In this document: piece after piece, positions 36,860-47,219 of the stretch | Layout: the number at the start of each line of letters is the position of its first letter | Numbering within the stretch: the stretch's first letter is position 1 | From: Acidobacteriota bacterium | GTDB lineage: Bacteria; Acidobacteriota; Thermoanaerobaculia; Multivoradales; UBA5704 | DNA length: 64,000 bases | Assembly: GCA_040005235.1 (NCBI GenBank) | Contig: JBDTZG010000003.1 | Location: forward strand, 1 to 64,000 | Reading direction: 5' to 3' | Position numbers and translations under genes: made by a program | Notes under the pieces: model-generated | Told to the model about the DNA's origin: nothing | Seen by the model: the letters and a program-made list of their open reading frames with translations, nothing else | Databases searched by the model: none

Positions 36860-37582
36860 ATGATGATGTCGTTTAGCCGTCGTTTCGTGGTCGTGCTCAT
36901 CGCGCTCGTCGCGGGTCCTGCCGCCGCGTCGGAGAAAGCCGCCCTCTCTCGGGCCGCGATCCTCCAAGCCGAGCAGCGGCTCGCCAACCTCGGCTTCTGG
37001 ACGGGACCGGTCGACGGCGTCTGGGACGGCGCGTCGCGCCAGGCCCTCGTCGCCTTTCAAAAGACGCAACGGGCACGGCCCACGGGCCAGCTCACCCGGG
37101 CCGAATGGAACGCCCTGTCGGCGGCGGTGCCGTTCCGGCCGCGCGAGGCGCGCGGCCTGCACGTCGAGATCGACATCGCCCGACAGGTGCTGTTCCTCGT
37201 GGACGGCGAGGGCAAGGTCGGCAACATCCTCCCCATCTCTTCCGGCAGCGGCAAGACATTCCACGAAAACGGCTATCCCGAGACCCTCGCCGTCACCCCG
37301 TGCGGCCGGCTGGAGGTCTATGCCAAGACCTCGGGGTGGAAGACGAGCCCGCTCGGCAAGATGCACAACCCCATGTACATCGTGGGCGGCATCGCGATTC
37401 ATGGCAGCGAGGATATTCGCACCTACCCCGCGAGCCACGGGTGTATCCGGATCCCCATGTTCGCCTCGCACCTCCTGCCGAAGCTCGTGCCGAAAGGGAC
37501 GCCGGTCTACGTCTATGGCTGCACGGAGGAGCGGCCCGCCGGGTCGGAGACCGCCGCGGGGATCGCGGCGGCGCAGCCCTAA
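36860..37582 (+). CDS. L,D-transpeptidase with peptidoglycan-binding domain
   Basis: LGFWTGPVDGVW...AFQK; IAIHG...ASHGCIR. Confidence 0.9.
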   Translation: MMMSFSRRFVVVLIALVAGPAAASEKAALSRAAILQAEQRLANLGFWTGPVDGVWDGASRQALVAFQKTQRARPTGQLTRAEWNALSAAVPFRPREARGLHVEIDIARQVLFLVDGEGKVGNILPISSGSGKTFHENGYPETLAVTPCGRLEVYAKTSGWKTSPLGKMHNPMYIVGGIAIHGSEDIRTYPASHGCIRIPMFASHLLPKLVPKGTPVYVYGCTEERPAGSETAAGIAAAQP

Positions 37583-37602
37583 ATCGTTCGCTACCCCGAG
37601 CG

Positions 37603-38082
37603 CTACCCGCGCCGAGCTGCCTCGATCGCGGCGACGTCGATTTTCTGCATCGTCATCATCGCCGCGAAGGCACGCTTGGCCTCCGCGCCGCCGGCGGCCA
37701 TCGCCTCGGTGAGCACGCGCGGAGTGATCTGCCAGGAGAGGCCCCAGCGATCCTTACACCATCCGCATTGGCTTACTTCGCCGCCATTGCCGACGATCGC
37801 ATTCCAGTAGCGGTCCGTTTCTTCCTGATCGTCCGTGGCGATTTGGAAGGAAAACGCCTCGCTCTGCTTGAACGCCGGGCCGCCGTTGAGACCGACACAC
37901 GAAACGCCACAAACGGTGAACTCCACCGTCAGCACTTCGCCTTCCTTGCCGTCCGGAAAGTCACCCGGCGCCTTGTGAACTGCGGTCACTTCACTGTTCG
38001 GAAAAGTGGCGGCGTAAAAACGCGCGGCCTCTTCCGCGTCCTTATCGAACCAGAGGCAGATTGTGTTTTTGGGGATCGTCAT
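37603..38082 (-). CDS. VOC/PhnB-like (3-demethylubiquinone methyltransferase family) protein
   Basis: ICLWFDKDAEEAARFYA, LNGGP, CGWCKDRWGLSWQI. Confidence 0.92.
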   Translation of the reverse strand: MTIPKNTICLWFDKDAEEAARFYAATFPNSEVTAVHKAPGDFPDGKEGEVLTVEFTVCGVSCVGLNGGPAFKQSEAFSFQIATDDQEETDRYWNAIVGNGGEVSQCGWCKDRWGLSWQITPRVLTEAMAAGGAEAKRAFAAMMTMQKIDVAAIEAARRG

Positions 38083-38219
38083 GGTGTGCTCCTTGGGTTC
38101 GGAACCGTGCGAAAACGACGGCTCTAGCGTGAGCCCTCAGCTTATTGCGGATTCGGCGAATTCCGTGCCCGAACGACGGAACTCGATGTACGCTGCACCC
38201 GGAGGAGGCACCGACTCTG

Positions 38220-38894
38220 ATGGAGACCTCTGTCTTCCTGATCCCCGGCCTACACGGCACCGCCGCTCTGTTCGGACCGTTCAGCTCGCTGGCGCCGCGG
38301 GGTTTCCAATGCCAAACGATTCCGCTGCCTACCGGCGGCGAGCAGGAAGCCGACGCTCTCGCGGCACGGATGGCGGAGACGTTGCCCCAGGCGGAACGCT
38401 TCGTCCTCCTCGCCGAGTCGTTCGGCGGGCCGATCGCCGCCCGGCTCGCCGAGCATTTCCCCGGCCGGGTGATCCTGCTGGTCCTTTCAAACCCGCTCAC
38501 CACCGTGCCCGTCCCCTTCCCCGCCGGGCTCGCCGGAAGCCTCATGCAGTCCCGCCGGATGCCCTTGGGCGCCCTGGCGTTCATGATGACCGGCGGCGAC
38601 CGAGCCCTCGCCAAGGCGCTTCTGCGTGAGCTTCACTCGGTCCCACCGGAAACCCTCAAGCGTCGCCTCGCCGCCACCTCCAGGGCCAAAGGAAGCTACA
38701 TTCCGGAGCACGCCGGCTGCCGGATGTTGACCCTCCTGGGGACCTCCGACCGCCTCATCTCCCCCGCCAAAAGCCGCAAGCTCCTGGCGCCGATCCCCGA
38801 CAACACCCTGGTCGAGATCGAGGCGCCGCATCTGTTGCTTCAGACCCGGCCCGCCGAGGCATGGAAGGCCATCCTCCGCGAGCTCGATCGATGA
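38220..38894 (+). CDS. Alpha/beta hydrolase
   Basis: LIPGLHGT, AESFGG, APHLLLQ. Confidence 0.8.
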   Translation: METSVFLIPGLHGTAALFGPFSSLAPRGFQCQTIPLPTGGEQEADALAARMAETLPQAERFVLLAESFGGPIAARLAEHFPGRVILLVLSNPLTTVPVPFPAGLAGSLMQSRRMPLGALAFMMTGGDRALAKALLRELHSVPPETLKRRLAATSRAKGSYIPEHAGCRMLTLLGTSDRLISPAKSRKLLAPIPDNTLVEIEAPHLLLQTRPAEAWKAILRELDR

Positions 38895-38993
38895 GGCGTC
38901 CGAGGGCATGGTAATGTGGCGAGGCAACCCTCCGCAAAGCTCCAGCAGCTCCCCAGCAGGTGCCGAGCGACCTATCTTCAATGGAGAAAGTCA

Positions 38994-39581
38994 ATGAATG
39001 TCACGAAGTCCTCTTCTCTGATTTCCTATGTCGGCGTCCTGGCGATGTCGCTTGTGCTCACCGGCTGCGGCACGAAGCTCGACATGAGCGTCATCAACAA
39101 GTCCATCAGCGATGGGCTCGCCAGCCAATTGGGCCTTACGGACGCGGTGGTGACCTGCCCTCTGGAAGCCCCCCCCGCCAAGGCGGGCGATACGTTTGAA
39201 TGTGAAGCGAAACCGAAGGACGGCGGCCGGCTCACGCTCAAGGTGACGCAGAAGGACGACAAGGGTAACGTCGCCTGGGACTTGGTGAAGATCGAGGGCA
39301 TGATCAATCTCAAGACGGCGGAGGAAGCCATCACCACGGGTCTCAAGGAACAGACCGGAGCCGATGTCACCGTCTCCTGCGGCGAGCAAGGCGGCAGCAG
39401 CCTGCGCGCGGCTAAGGCGGGCGAGACGTTCGATTGCCAGGCCAAATCGGCGGACGGCACCTCCAACACCGTCGTGGTGACGATGAAGGACAACGAGGGC
39501 AACATCAGTTGGGCACTTCAGCAGCCGGCGGAAGAAGCGACCGAGGAACCCGCCGAGACCTCGGAGCCGGAAGGAAAGTAA
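38994..39581 (+). CDS. DUF4333-like lipoprotein (two repeats)
   Basis: LTGC lipobox; VTCP...KAGDTFEC repeated. Confidence 0.8.
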   Translation: MNVTKSSSLISYVGVLAMSLVLTGCGTKLDMSVINKSISDGLASQLGLTDAVVTCPLEAPPAKAGDTFECEAKPKDGGRLTLKVTQKDDKGNVAWDLVKIEGMINLKTAEEAITTGLKEQTGADVTVSCGEQGGSSLRAAKAGETFDCQAKSADGTSNTVVVTMKDNEGNISWALQQPAEEATEEPAETSEPEGK

Positions 39582-39735
39582 GCCCCCTCCTCCCTTAGAA
39601 GTCGCCGACCACAGAGCAAGCGCCGGTATCGCGTTGTTTCACGCTTGAGACAGCCGATACCTACGACTGCCACGGCGCGTCGTCCTCTTCGGGGGCCGGT
39701 CGAATCGCCGATGCTGCCCAAGGAGAACCCGCCGC

Positions 39736-40983
39736 ATGAATCCTTCCTCCGTCGTCGAGCGCTTCCTGCGCTATGTGACCTTTGACACCCAGTCGTCCGA
39801 GAGCTCGGACACCTATCCCAGCACTTTGAAGCAGCTCGACCTCCTGCACCTGCTGGCCGAGGAGCTGCGCGGGCTGGGGCTCTCGGACGCCGAGATGGAT
39901 TCGCACGGCTATGTGATGGCGACGATCCCGGCGACCAGCGGAAAGGCGAACGTTCCGGTGATCGGATTCATCGCCCACGTGGACACCTCGCCCGAGATGA
40001 GCGGCGCCGGGGTAAAGCCGATCATCCACCGCAACTACCAGGGCCAAGAGATCGTCCTTCCCGACGACCCGACGGCCGTGCTGCGCCCGTCGGAGCTTCC
40101 CTACCTGACCGAGCGGATCGGCGACGATTTGATCACCGCGTCGGGCACTACCTTGCTTGGCGCCGACAACAAGGCTGGAGTGGCTGAGATCATGGCCGCC
40201 GCGGAGTTCCTGCTCGCGCATCCGGAGATTCCGCACGGGCCGATCCGCATCGGCTTCACTCCCGATGAAGAGGTGGGCCAAGGCACCAAGTATTTCGACG
40301 TCAAGAAGTTCGGCGCCACTTGCGCCTACACGATGGACGGCGGCCGCCGCGGCGAGATCGAGTTCGAGAGCTTCTCTGCCGACTCGATGACGATCACTTT
40401 CCAAGGACGGAACACCCATCCGGGCTTTGCCAAGGGGGTGATGGTCAACTCGATCAAAGTCGCCGCCGACTTCATCCACCGCCTGCCGAAAGACGGCCTC
40501 GCTCCCGAAACGACCGACGATTACGAGGGGTACGTCCATCCCTATGTGCTCACCCCGAGTGTTGATCAAACGGCGGTGAAGCTGCTGATCCGCGACTTCA
40601 AAACCGCCGCACTGGGCGAGAAAGAAGCCTGGCTCCAAAAGCTCGCCCAAGAGACCGTCGCCGACTGGCCGGGCGCCACCTTCGAGGTAAAGGTCGAAGA
40701 GAGCTACCGCAACATGCGCGAGGTGCTCGACCACCACCCGCAAGTGGTCGAAAACGCCCGCGAGGCAATCCGCCGCGCGGGCATCGAACCGCACAGCCAG
40801 CCGATCCGCGGCGGCACCGACGGCTCGAAACTCAGCTTCATGGGACTGCCCACCCCCAATGTCTTTGCCGGAGAGCAGAGCTTCCACTCCCGCTTCGAAT
40901 GGGCCTCGGCCCAAGACATGGAAAAAGCGGTCGAGGTGATTATCGAGCTGGCGAAGGTTTGGGAGGAGCGGTCGGAAGCTTGA
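39736..40983 (+). CDS. pepT: Peptidase T
   Basis: ERFLRYV, AHVDTS, LGADNKAG, FTPDEEVG, PIRGGTDG. Confidence 0.95.
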   Translation: MNPSSVVERFLRYVTFDTQSSESSDTYPSTLKQLDLLHLLAEELRGLGLSDAEMDSHGYVMATIPATSGKANVPVIGFIAHVDTSPEMSGAGVKPIIHRNYQGQEIVLPDDPTAVLRPSELPYLTERIGDDLITASGTTLLGADNKAGVAEIMAAAEFLLAHPEIPHGPIRIGFTPDEEVGQGTKYFDVKKFGATCAYTMDGGRRGEIEFESFSADSMTITFQGRNTHPGFAKGVMVNSIKVAADFIHRLPKDGLAPETTDDYEGYVHPYVLTPSVDQTAVKLLIRDFKTAALGEKEAWLQKLAQETVADWPGATFEVKVEESYRNMREVLDHHPQVVENAREAIRRAGIEPHSQPIRGGTDGSKLSFMGLPTPNVFAGEQSFHSRFEWASAQDMEKAVEVIIELAKVWEERSEA

Positions 40984-41039
40984 GTGCTCTGACCCTCCAG
41001 AACCTTGACCTGCCTGCATGGAATCCCTAAACTGCCTGC

Positions 41040-41282
41040 ATGCAATACACCCTTCGGAATGTGCCGCCGCATCTCGACCAGGCGTTGCGCCATCGAGCGC
41101 AAGAAGAGAGAAAGAGCCTGAATGAGGTCGCTCTCGAAGCGCTGCTCCAAGCCTTTGCGCTGAGGGGAGAGGAACTCAAGCGGCGGGACCTTGGCGACGT
41201 GGCCGGCACCTGGATCGAAGACCCGGAAGTGGATCGTGCCCTCGAAGAGCAGAGGAAGATCGATCCCGAACTGTGGCGTTGA
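41040..41282 (+). CDS. Antitoxin (VapB/FitA-like RHH)
   Basis: MQYTLRNVP...LRHRA...SLNE; overlaps the PIN toxin. Confidence 0.82.
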   Translation: MQYTLRNVPPHLDQALRHRAQEERKSLNEVALEALLQAFALRGEELKRRDLGDVAGTWIEDPEVDRALEEQRKIDPELWR

Positions 41283-41662
41283 GGCTCGCCCTCGACACCA
41301 ACCGCTTCTCGGATCTCTGCCGAGGGGATACCGAACTGGAGCTACTCGTGGAACGAGCCGAAGCGGTTTTCTTGCCCTTCGTAACGGTCGCCGAGCTGCG
41401 TGCAGGATTTTCGCTCGGCACCAAAGGCCGAGAAAACGAGAAGGTATTGCAACGCTTCCTCGCCAAACCCGGAGTCGCCATTCTGTGGCCCACAGAGGCG
41501 ACCACCCGGCAATACGCGGCCCTCTACCGTCAGCTGTGGGAGCAAAGGACGCCGATTCCCACGAACGACCTTTGGATTGCCGCCCTGGTGAGCGAGCACG
41601 GACTGGTGCTCTGCGATCGCGATCGGCATTTTGACGCGCTGCCCCAGTTGGAACGGGTATAG
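41273..41662 (+). CDS. vapC: VapC PIN-domain toxin
   Basis: ALDTN, AELRAG, IPTNDLWIAA, DRHF. Confidence 0.92.
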   Translation: MALRLALDTNRFSDLCRGDTELELLVERAEAVFLPFVTVAELRAGFSLGTKGRENEKVLQRFLAKPGVAILWPTEATTRQYAALYRQLWEQRTPIPTNDLWIAALVSEHGLVLCDRDRHFDALPQLERV

Positions 41663-41688
41663 AGCCGGTTTGAGCCGGATGGGCCCCT

Positions 41689-42105
41689 TCAAAGGCCCGG
41701 AGGCTCGTCCTCGGGTACGCAGATCAGCCTCCGAACGTCACAGCGCTTCCCCTCGACGCAGCCGCCGGTTTCTCCGTAGCAGGTACAGTAGACCCGGCCC
41801 GACTCGTCCTGGACTCCAAAACCCCGGCAGGGCCGGCCCTCAATACAGGAGGTCCTGCTCTCGTTGGGGTACTTGAGGCGCGGCGCGCAGTCGCCGACGC
41901 TCTCGACCTCGGGAAGGCGCTGCACGATCTTGCCTGGTGAATCCTGCCGCAGCAAGGCGGGATCGGGGGCCACGGAAGAGACGTCCTCGATCCGGCCCGC
42001 ATCGGGAGCCTTGGCGTTTCGTTCCAAGGGGGCGCAGAGGCAGGAGGTCAGGGACAGGGCGGCGAGTGCCAGCCAGCCTGTTTGTGAGAGGCTTCGCACC
42101 GTCAT
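41689..42105 (-). CDS. Cys-rich putative lipoprotein
   Basis: LTSC lipobox; C-terminal domain with 8 Cys. Confidence 0.65.
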   Translation of the reverse strand: MTVRSLSQTGWLALAALSLTSCLCAPLERNAKAPDAGRIEDVSSVAPDPALLRQDSPGKIVQRLPEVESVGDCAPRLKYPNESRTSCIEGRPCRGFGVQDESGRVYCTCYGETGGCVEGKRCDVRRLICVPEDEPPGL

Positions 42106-42111
42106 TTCTCC

Positions 42112-43665
42112 TCAGTACCAGTAGGACACGGCCTGCACGTGCTGGTGCTCCGCAAGGAAGCTCCAGCGTTTCGTGCAGCCGAGGGATGAATCCGTCATGA
42201 ACCGGAGGAAGCGTACGCTGTCGCCGTCTACATCGACCGGCAGGAAGCCATCGTAGTCTCCCCAATACGCCTCTCCTTTGGGCCGCTGGTCCGGACAGAC
42301 CGGAACTGCCCGCGCGATGTCCACCGGGATCGAGAGGGGCTGGCCGTTGACATAGCCGAGAGTGCCCCGTGTGAGACCCAATGTCGTGGTGCTGGCGCCT
42401 TCGCGGACCAGAAACGAAGCTTGCCATCGCGGGGCGGCCCCGAAGGGAAGCCCCTGAAACGCCGTGACATTCGGATTGAAGACGTCGAGCCGCGTGCGCC
42501 GTCCAGAGGCAATAGCCCCGAAAGTCCACTTTTCATACCAGCCACAGCTGCGGAGCGTCTCATCACAGACGCCACCCCGCAGGAAAAGCCAGCCCTGCTC
42601 GTCCTGCTGCGTGACGAGCCAGCGGACCGAGTCGCGGCGTACCACCCCTTCATTGTCCTCATCCGGCGGTTCCGCCGAGGCCACCCCGACGTCGAACGAA
42701 AATTGCGGTCCGGTGCGCAATTTGAGAGGCGCGCCCAGCACCGTACCGCCGAGGTCGACTTGAGGGTAGAGAGCGACTCTCCAGAGAATGGTCTTCGGCT
42801 CTTCCCAGGCGCCATTGCGATAGCGGCTTGCGATCAGCGCGTGGGGTTGCGTGTCGACGTCTTCCGTCTTGGCGACCGCCATGGCATACAGCGTTCCGTC
42901 CGCCGCGACCCGGATGCGAGGATGGGAGCCGGCGTAGTAATGCGGGAATGGCGGCGGCAAAAGGGCGAACGGCTGCCGGCCGTCCGGGCTGCGCCAGACG
43001 TCGATCTGCGATCTGTCGATGTCGACGTAGGCGGCGAAGATCTCACCGCTCGGCCCGGCCGCCATCGATCCGCCATCGTAAAAGTTGCCGCGCGTCGGCA
43101 AGCCCCAAGCCGGGTTGCGCGGCGTCGTATTAGTGAGGCACTGGAAATGCTCGAACCGAACGCCTCCGTCCGTCGAACGGGCGATGCAGGCGCCCCCCAA
43201 TTGCCCGGCATCAAGGTAGCCGGAAATGCCGGAGGCCGGGAACTTGCCATCGGGGATCGCGAGGCTCGACATGAACACCAGGCCGTAGTTGGTCTTCGAG
43301 GTAGTCAACGCCGGGTCGCCCCAGAGCACCGCCCAACCCGGTGGAGGCTTGAGCCGGCCCCCATAGGTCCAGGTGTTGCCGCGGTCTTCCGAGTACGACC
43401 AGCCCATCAGGCTCGCGTTGCGCAGAACTGTACGGCTCGTGGGTCCGTACTCGATCGCAGCCTGACCCGTGTCGTCATTGAAGCCGACCACGACGCGATA
43501 GATCCCGCGGGAGAAGCTCGTGGTCGCATCCGTCTCTGCCTGGGCACCCTGCCGGGTCGTCTCGTCCCGGCCGGTCACCCTACCGGAGGTGGCACAGCCC
43601 GCAAGGAGGAGGAGGGCGGCGAGGGAGGCGCATGGGGCGGAATTGGAAGCACTGGAGAATGGCAT
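42112..43665 (-). CDS. Lipoprotein with BNR/Asp-box (sialidase-like propeller) repeats
   Basis: LAGC; YSEDRGNTW, RSTDGG.RF. Confidence 0.7.
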   Translation of the reverse strand: MPFSSASNSAPCASLAALLLLAGCATSGRVTGRDETTRQGAQAETDATTSFSRGIYRVVVGFNDDTGQAAIEYGPTSRTVLRNASLMGWSYSEDRGNTWTYGGRLKPPPGWAVLWGDPALTTSKTNYGLVFMSSLAIPDGKFPASGISGYLDAGQLGGACIARSTDGGVRFEHFQCLTNTTPRNPAWGLPTRGNFYDGGSMAAGPSGEIFAAYVDIDRSQIDVWRSPDGRQPFALLPPPFPHYYAGSHPRIRVAADGTLYAMAVAKTEDVDTQPHALIASRYRNGAWEEPKTILWRVALYPQVDLGGTVLGAPLKLRTGPQFSFDVGVASAEPPDEDNEGVVRRDSVRWLVTQQDEQGWLFLRGGVCDETLRSCGWYEKWTFGAIASGRRTRLDVFNPNVTAFQGLPFGAAPRWQASFLVREGASTTTLGLTRGTLGYVNGQPLSIPVDIARAVPVCPDQRPKGEAYWGDYDGFLPVDVDGDSVRFLRFMTDSSLGCTKRWSFLAEHQHVQAVSYWY

Positions 43666-43772
43666 ATCTATTCAGGCGCGGGGATCACTCCACGTGTTAC
43701 AGCCCCGCGGTTGGTTCGGCTCCGCAGGTCTTCGACTGAATCCAGAGGATCCGCTCAAAATGCTGCGATCGA

Positions 43773-46700
43773 TCACTCCTTATGGTAATTCGGGTAAGCC
43801 GGATGATCCGGAATCACCACCGGGTTTTTCTTGAGCGCCTCTAAGGTCACTTCGACCGCCTTTTCCAATTGGCGGTCGTGGCCCGCGGCGACGGAGGCCG
43901 GATCGTTTTCCACTTCGATGTCCGGTGCGATGCCGTGGTTCTCGACTTCCCATTCGCCGTGGAGGCCGTAGATGGCGACCCGCGGCGCGGTGACGGATCC
44001 GCCATCCAGGAGCGTCGGATAGTTGTAGATGCCCACCAGGCCTCCCCAGGTGCGGGTGCCGACGAGCGGCCCGACCTGGTCCTGCTTGAACATCCACGGC
44101 AGCGCATCGCCGCCCGAGCCGGCCATCTCGTTGATGATCATCGTCTTGGGTCCGTAGATCTGCGCGAGCGGCGAGCAGAACGGCTCGCCTTCGCGGGAGA
44201 TGGCGCAGTTGCGCAGCGGTCGCTTGAGCTGATCGATGATGTAGTCCGCCACCTGGCCGCCGTGGTTGTAGCGCTCGTCGATCACCGCGCCGAGCTTGCC
44301 CACTTGGGCGAAGTAATAGCGGTTGAAGTTGACGTAACCTCCGACGTTCGTATCCGGAACGTGAACGTAGGCGAGCCTGCCGCCGCTTAAGGTGTCCACC
44401 GTCCGGCGGTTGCCCTCTTCCCAGGCGCGATTGCGGAGCTGCTGTTCGCTCGGCAACGGCACCACGGTGACCTCGCGCGAGCCTTGGCCGTCCGGGTGCG
44501 GCCCCACCTTGATCTTGATCTGTTTGCCGGCGGTGTTCTCAAAGAAACTGTAGACCTCGGCCGGCGGCCGGACCTCTCGACCGTCGACGGCGAGGAGGTA
44601 CTCGCCCTTCTTCACTTCGACACCCGGCTGCGTGAGCGGCGCCAGGAGATCCGGGTTCCAGTTCTCGCCATCGTAAACCTTGGCAAACCGGTACCGGTTA
44701 CCGTCGATCTCGTAGTCCGCGCCGAGCAATCCACCTTTCACCTCGGTCGGCGAGCCGAAGTCGCCGCCATCTACGAACATGTGGCCGACGGTCAGTTCTC
44801 CCAGCATCTCTTCGAACAGGTAGTTCAAGTCGGCGCGCCCGCCCAAACCCTTAAGATACGGGGCGTACTTCTTTTCCGTGGCGGCGAGGTCGAGACCGTG
44901 ATGGCTGGGGTCGTAGAAGAAGTCCCGTTCGATGCGCCAGACCTCGCGGTACATCTGGTTCCATTCGGCACGCGGATCGACGTAGACCTCCATCGCGTCG
45001 AGATTCAAGGCGCCGTCGCCCGGCTTCGGCGCCGCGTCGGTGGCCGCGATGAACCAACCCGGCCCCTGGCCGTACAGCGCCTGATCGCCGCCCGCGGAGA
45101 CCGCAAAGCTGCTCACCCCGGAGAGGAACGGCTCGACCTTCTGGGTGGCGAGGTCGAATTTCGAGATCGAAAGCGACGGGGGCCCGTCGAGGCGCGGCAC
45201 GTCCACGGTTTCGGAGACCCACAGCGTCCCCGCCGTGCCGGCGTCCAGCGCGACGTAGTTCGCGGCAGGGATCGGCAGCGCCACGATGCGCTGGCCGATG
45301 CCGTCCAGATCGATCGTCACCGGAGCCGGCTTTTCTTCCGCATCGTCGCCATCGTTCGGCTTGGCGTCTTTCTTTCCGCCTTTGGTGGCGGCTTCCTCGC
45401 CGGAGGCTTTGCCTTTGTCGCCCTTGGCCGCGTCTTTGGCGTCCTTCGAATCTTTGGCGGCTTTTTTCTCCTCCTTCTCCTCGTCGGAGAGGGGAGCCAC
45501 CGGCGATGGATCGCCTTTTTTGAGCACCGCGGCGTAGACGCTTCGCAGCACCGGATGCTGATAGCTCGACAGGTCGAGCCATCCCGAGGAGAGACCGAGG
45601 TCCGTGCTCACGGTGAAGTACAACGACTTTCCATCCCGGTCGAACACCGGCGAGCGGGCGTCCCCCATCCCTTCGGTGATCTGCGTTTCTTTTTTGGCGG
45701 CGAGCGAATAGACGAATACCGACCGCAGGTGGCTTTCCAGGAGCTTGGTGTAGGCGAGCCACCGGCTGTCCGGCGACCAACGGGCCGCGAAGCCGGCGGT
45801 GGGATCTTCATAGCGATCGGTCGCCACCTTGACCGGCGTGCCTTTTCCGACTTCGACGTACCAAAGGTTCAGCCGCTTGTCGGTGTAAGCGATGCGCCGG
45901 CTGTCCGGCGACCAGATCGGCTCGTAAAAGAACGACGGCGGGCCTCCCAGGTCGATCTTCTTCGTCGATCCGCCTCCGGACGCATCGGCGATGTGAAGGG
46001 CGTATTCTCCGGATTCATCGGAGAAGAACGCGATCGATTTACCGTCCGGCGACCAGGCCGGATCGCGCTCCGCCACCGCGGTTGTCCGCGTCAAATTGCG
46101 GATGTCGCCTTTTTTCGCCGGTACCGAAAGGATCTCGCCGCGCGCCTCGAAGACCGCGCGGGCGCCGTGCGGCGAAATGCGGCCGACAAGAATTTTCTCT
46201 CCTGCCTTTTCGAAATGCGGCCGTACGGCGGGCAGATCGCCGACGATCGAAATGTCGAGCTTCGTCGCGCCACCGCCCGCCGGATCGAATAGGTAGAGGG
46301 CGCCGAACTGCTCGTAGACCAGCGCATCCGGACCGGCGGAAAGCGACTTGATGTCGAGGCCGCGGTTTTCGATCACCTGCCGCACGGATTTGGCGCGGGT
46401 GTCGTAGGCGAAAAGAGTCACCGGCCCGTTGCGATCGGAGAGGAAATACACCGTGTCGCCCAACCATGCCGGGTGGGTGTCGTTCGAGTTCTCGCGTGGC
46501 ACCTTCTCCAAGGCGAGGTCGGAAAGGCGGACCAGGTCGATCGGCGTCGTCTGCCCGCCGCGATAGCGCTTCCAGGCGGTCTGCCAGATCAGGTTCGGCA
46601 CGTAAGCGACGCGGGTTCCGTCGGGAGAAAACGAAGCGGTCTCTCCCCGCCACATCGGCAGCACCTCGGCGGCGCCGCCGGTCGCGGGCACGGTATAGAG

Positions 46701-47120
46701 CCGGTGGAAATCGGCATACGAATCGCGGTCGGAAGAAAACAGCACGCTCTTGCCGTCGGGGGTCCAGCCGACGGGGACGTCGTTGCCCGGATGCCAGGTA
46801 AGCCTCCTGGGCTCTCCCCCGCCCGAGGGCATGACATAGGCGTCGACGTTGCCGTCGTACTGCGCCGCAAAGGCGAGCCACCGGCCGTCGGGAGAAAAGA
46901 CCGGCGAGCGTTCGTGGCCGCCCGTGGTCAACTGCCGCGCCGCGCCCCCTCCGCGCGGCACCGTCCAGAGGGTGCCGCCGTAGACGAACACGACATCCGT
47001 CTTGCTGAGGGTGGGGGTTTGGGCCAGCAGCGGCACGCCGTCGACGGCCCGGGCAAGCCCCGAGACGACGAGCAACAAGCCGATCCAGATCGCGATTCGA
47101 AGACGCCTGTCTATCCGCAT
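43773..47120 (-). CDS. Tricorn protease (S41 family)
   Basis: PD40 repeats, WKRYRGG, PDZ domain, DERYNHGG, AGSGGD, GTRTWGG. Confidence 0.95.
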   Translation of the reverse strand: MRIDRRLRIAIWIGLLLVVSGLARAVDGVPLLAQTPTLSKTDVVFVYGGTLWTVPRGGGAARQLTTGGHERSPVFSPDGRWLAFAAQYDGNVDAYVMPSGGGEPRRLTWHPGNDVPVGWTPDGKSVLFSSDRDSYADFHRLYTVPATGGAAEVLPMWRGETASFSPDGTRVAYVPNLIWQTAWKRYRGGQTTPIDLVRLSDLALEKVPRENSNDTHPAWLGDTVYFLSDRNGPVTLFAYDTRAKSVRQVIENRGLDIKSLSAGPDALVYEQFGALYLFDPAGGGATKLDISIVGDLPAVRPHFEKAGEKILVGRISPHGARAVFEARGEILSVPAKKGDIRNLTRTTAVAERDPAWSPDGKSIAFFSDESGEYALHIADASGGGSTKKIDLGGPPSFFYEPIWSPDSRRIAYTDKRLNLWYVEVGKGTPVKVATDRYEDPTAGFAARWSPDSRWLAYTKLLESHLRSVFVYSLAAKKETQITEGMGDARSPVFDRDGKSLYFTVSTDLGLSSGWLDLSSYQHPVLRSVYAAVLKKGDPSPVAPLSDEEKEEKKAAKDSKDAKDAAKGDKGKASGEEAATKGGKKDAKPNDGDDAEEKPAPVTIDLDGIGQRIVALPIPAANYVALDAGTAGTLWVSETVDVPRLDGPPSLSISKFDLATQKVEPFLSGVSSFAVSAGGDQALYGQGPGWFIAATDAAPKPGDGALNLDAMEVYVDPRAEWNQMYREVWRIERDFFYDPSHHGLDLAATEKKYAPYLKGLGGRADLNYLFEEMLGELTVGHMFVDGGDFGSPTEVKGGLLGADYEIDGNRYRFAKVYDGENWNPDLLAPLTQPGVEVKKGEYLLAVDGREVRPPAEVYSFFENTAGKQIKIKVGPHPDGQGSREVTVVPLPSEQQLRNRAWEEGNRRTVDTLSGGRLAYVHVPDTNVGGYVNFNRYYFAQVGKLGAVIDERYNHGGQVADYIIDQLKRPLRNCAISREGEPFCSPLAQIYGPKTMIINEMAGSGGDALPWMFKQDQVGPLVGTRTWGGLVGIYNYPTLLDGGSVTAPRVAIYGLHGEWEVENHGIAPDIEVENDPASVAAGHDRQLEKAVEVTLEALKKNPVVIPDHPAYPNYHKE

Positions 47121-47219
47121 ACCGATCCTCTTAGGGTCCGTTCCTCTTTGGGAGAGGACAGTACAACGAGCCGGGCCGGCGGAGTAAAGTGTCGCAATCT
47201 CAAACGGGAGAAAGACGCC

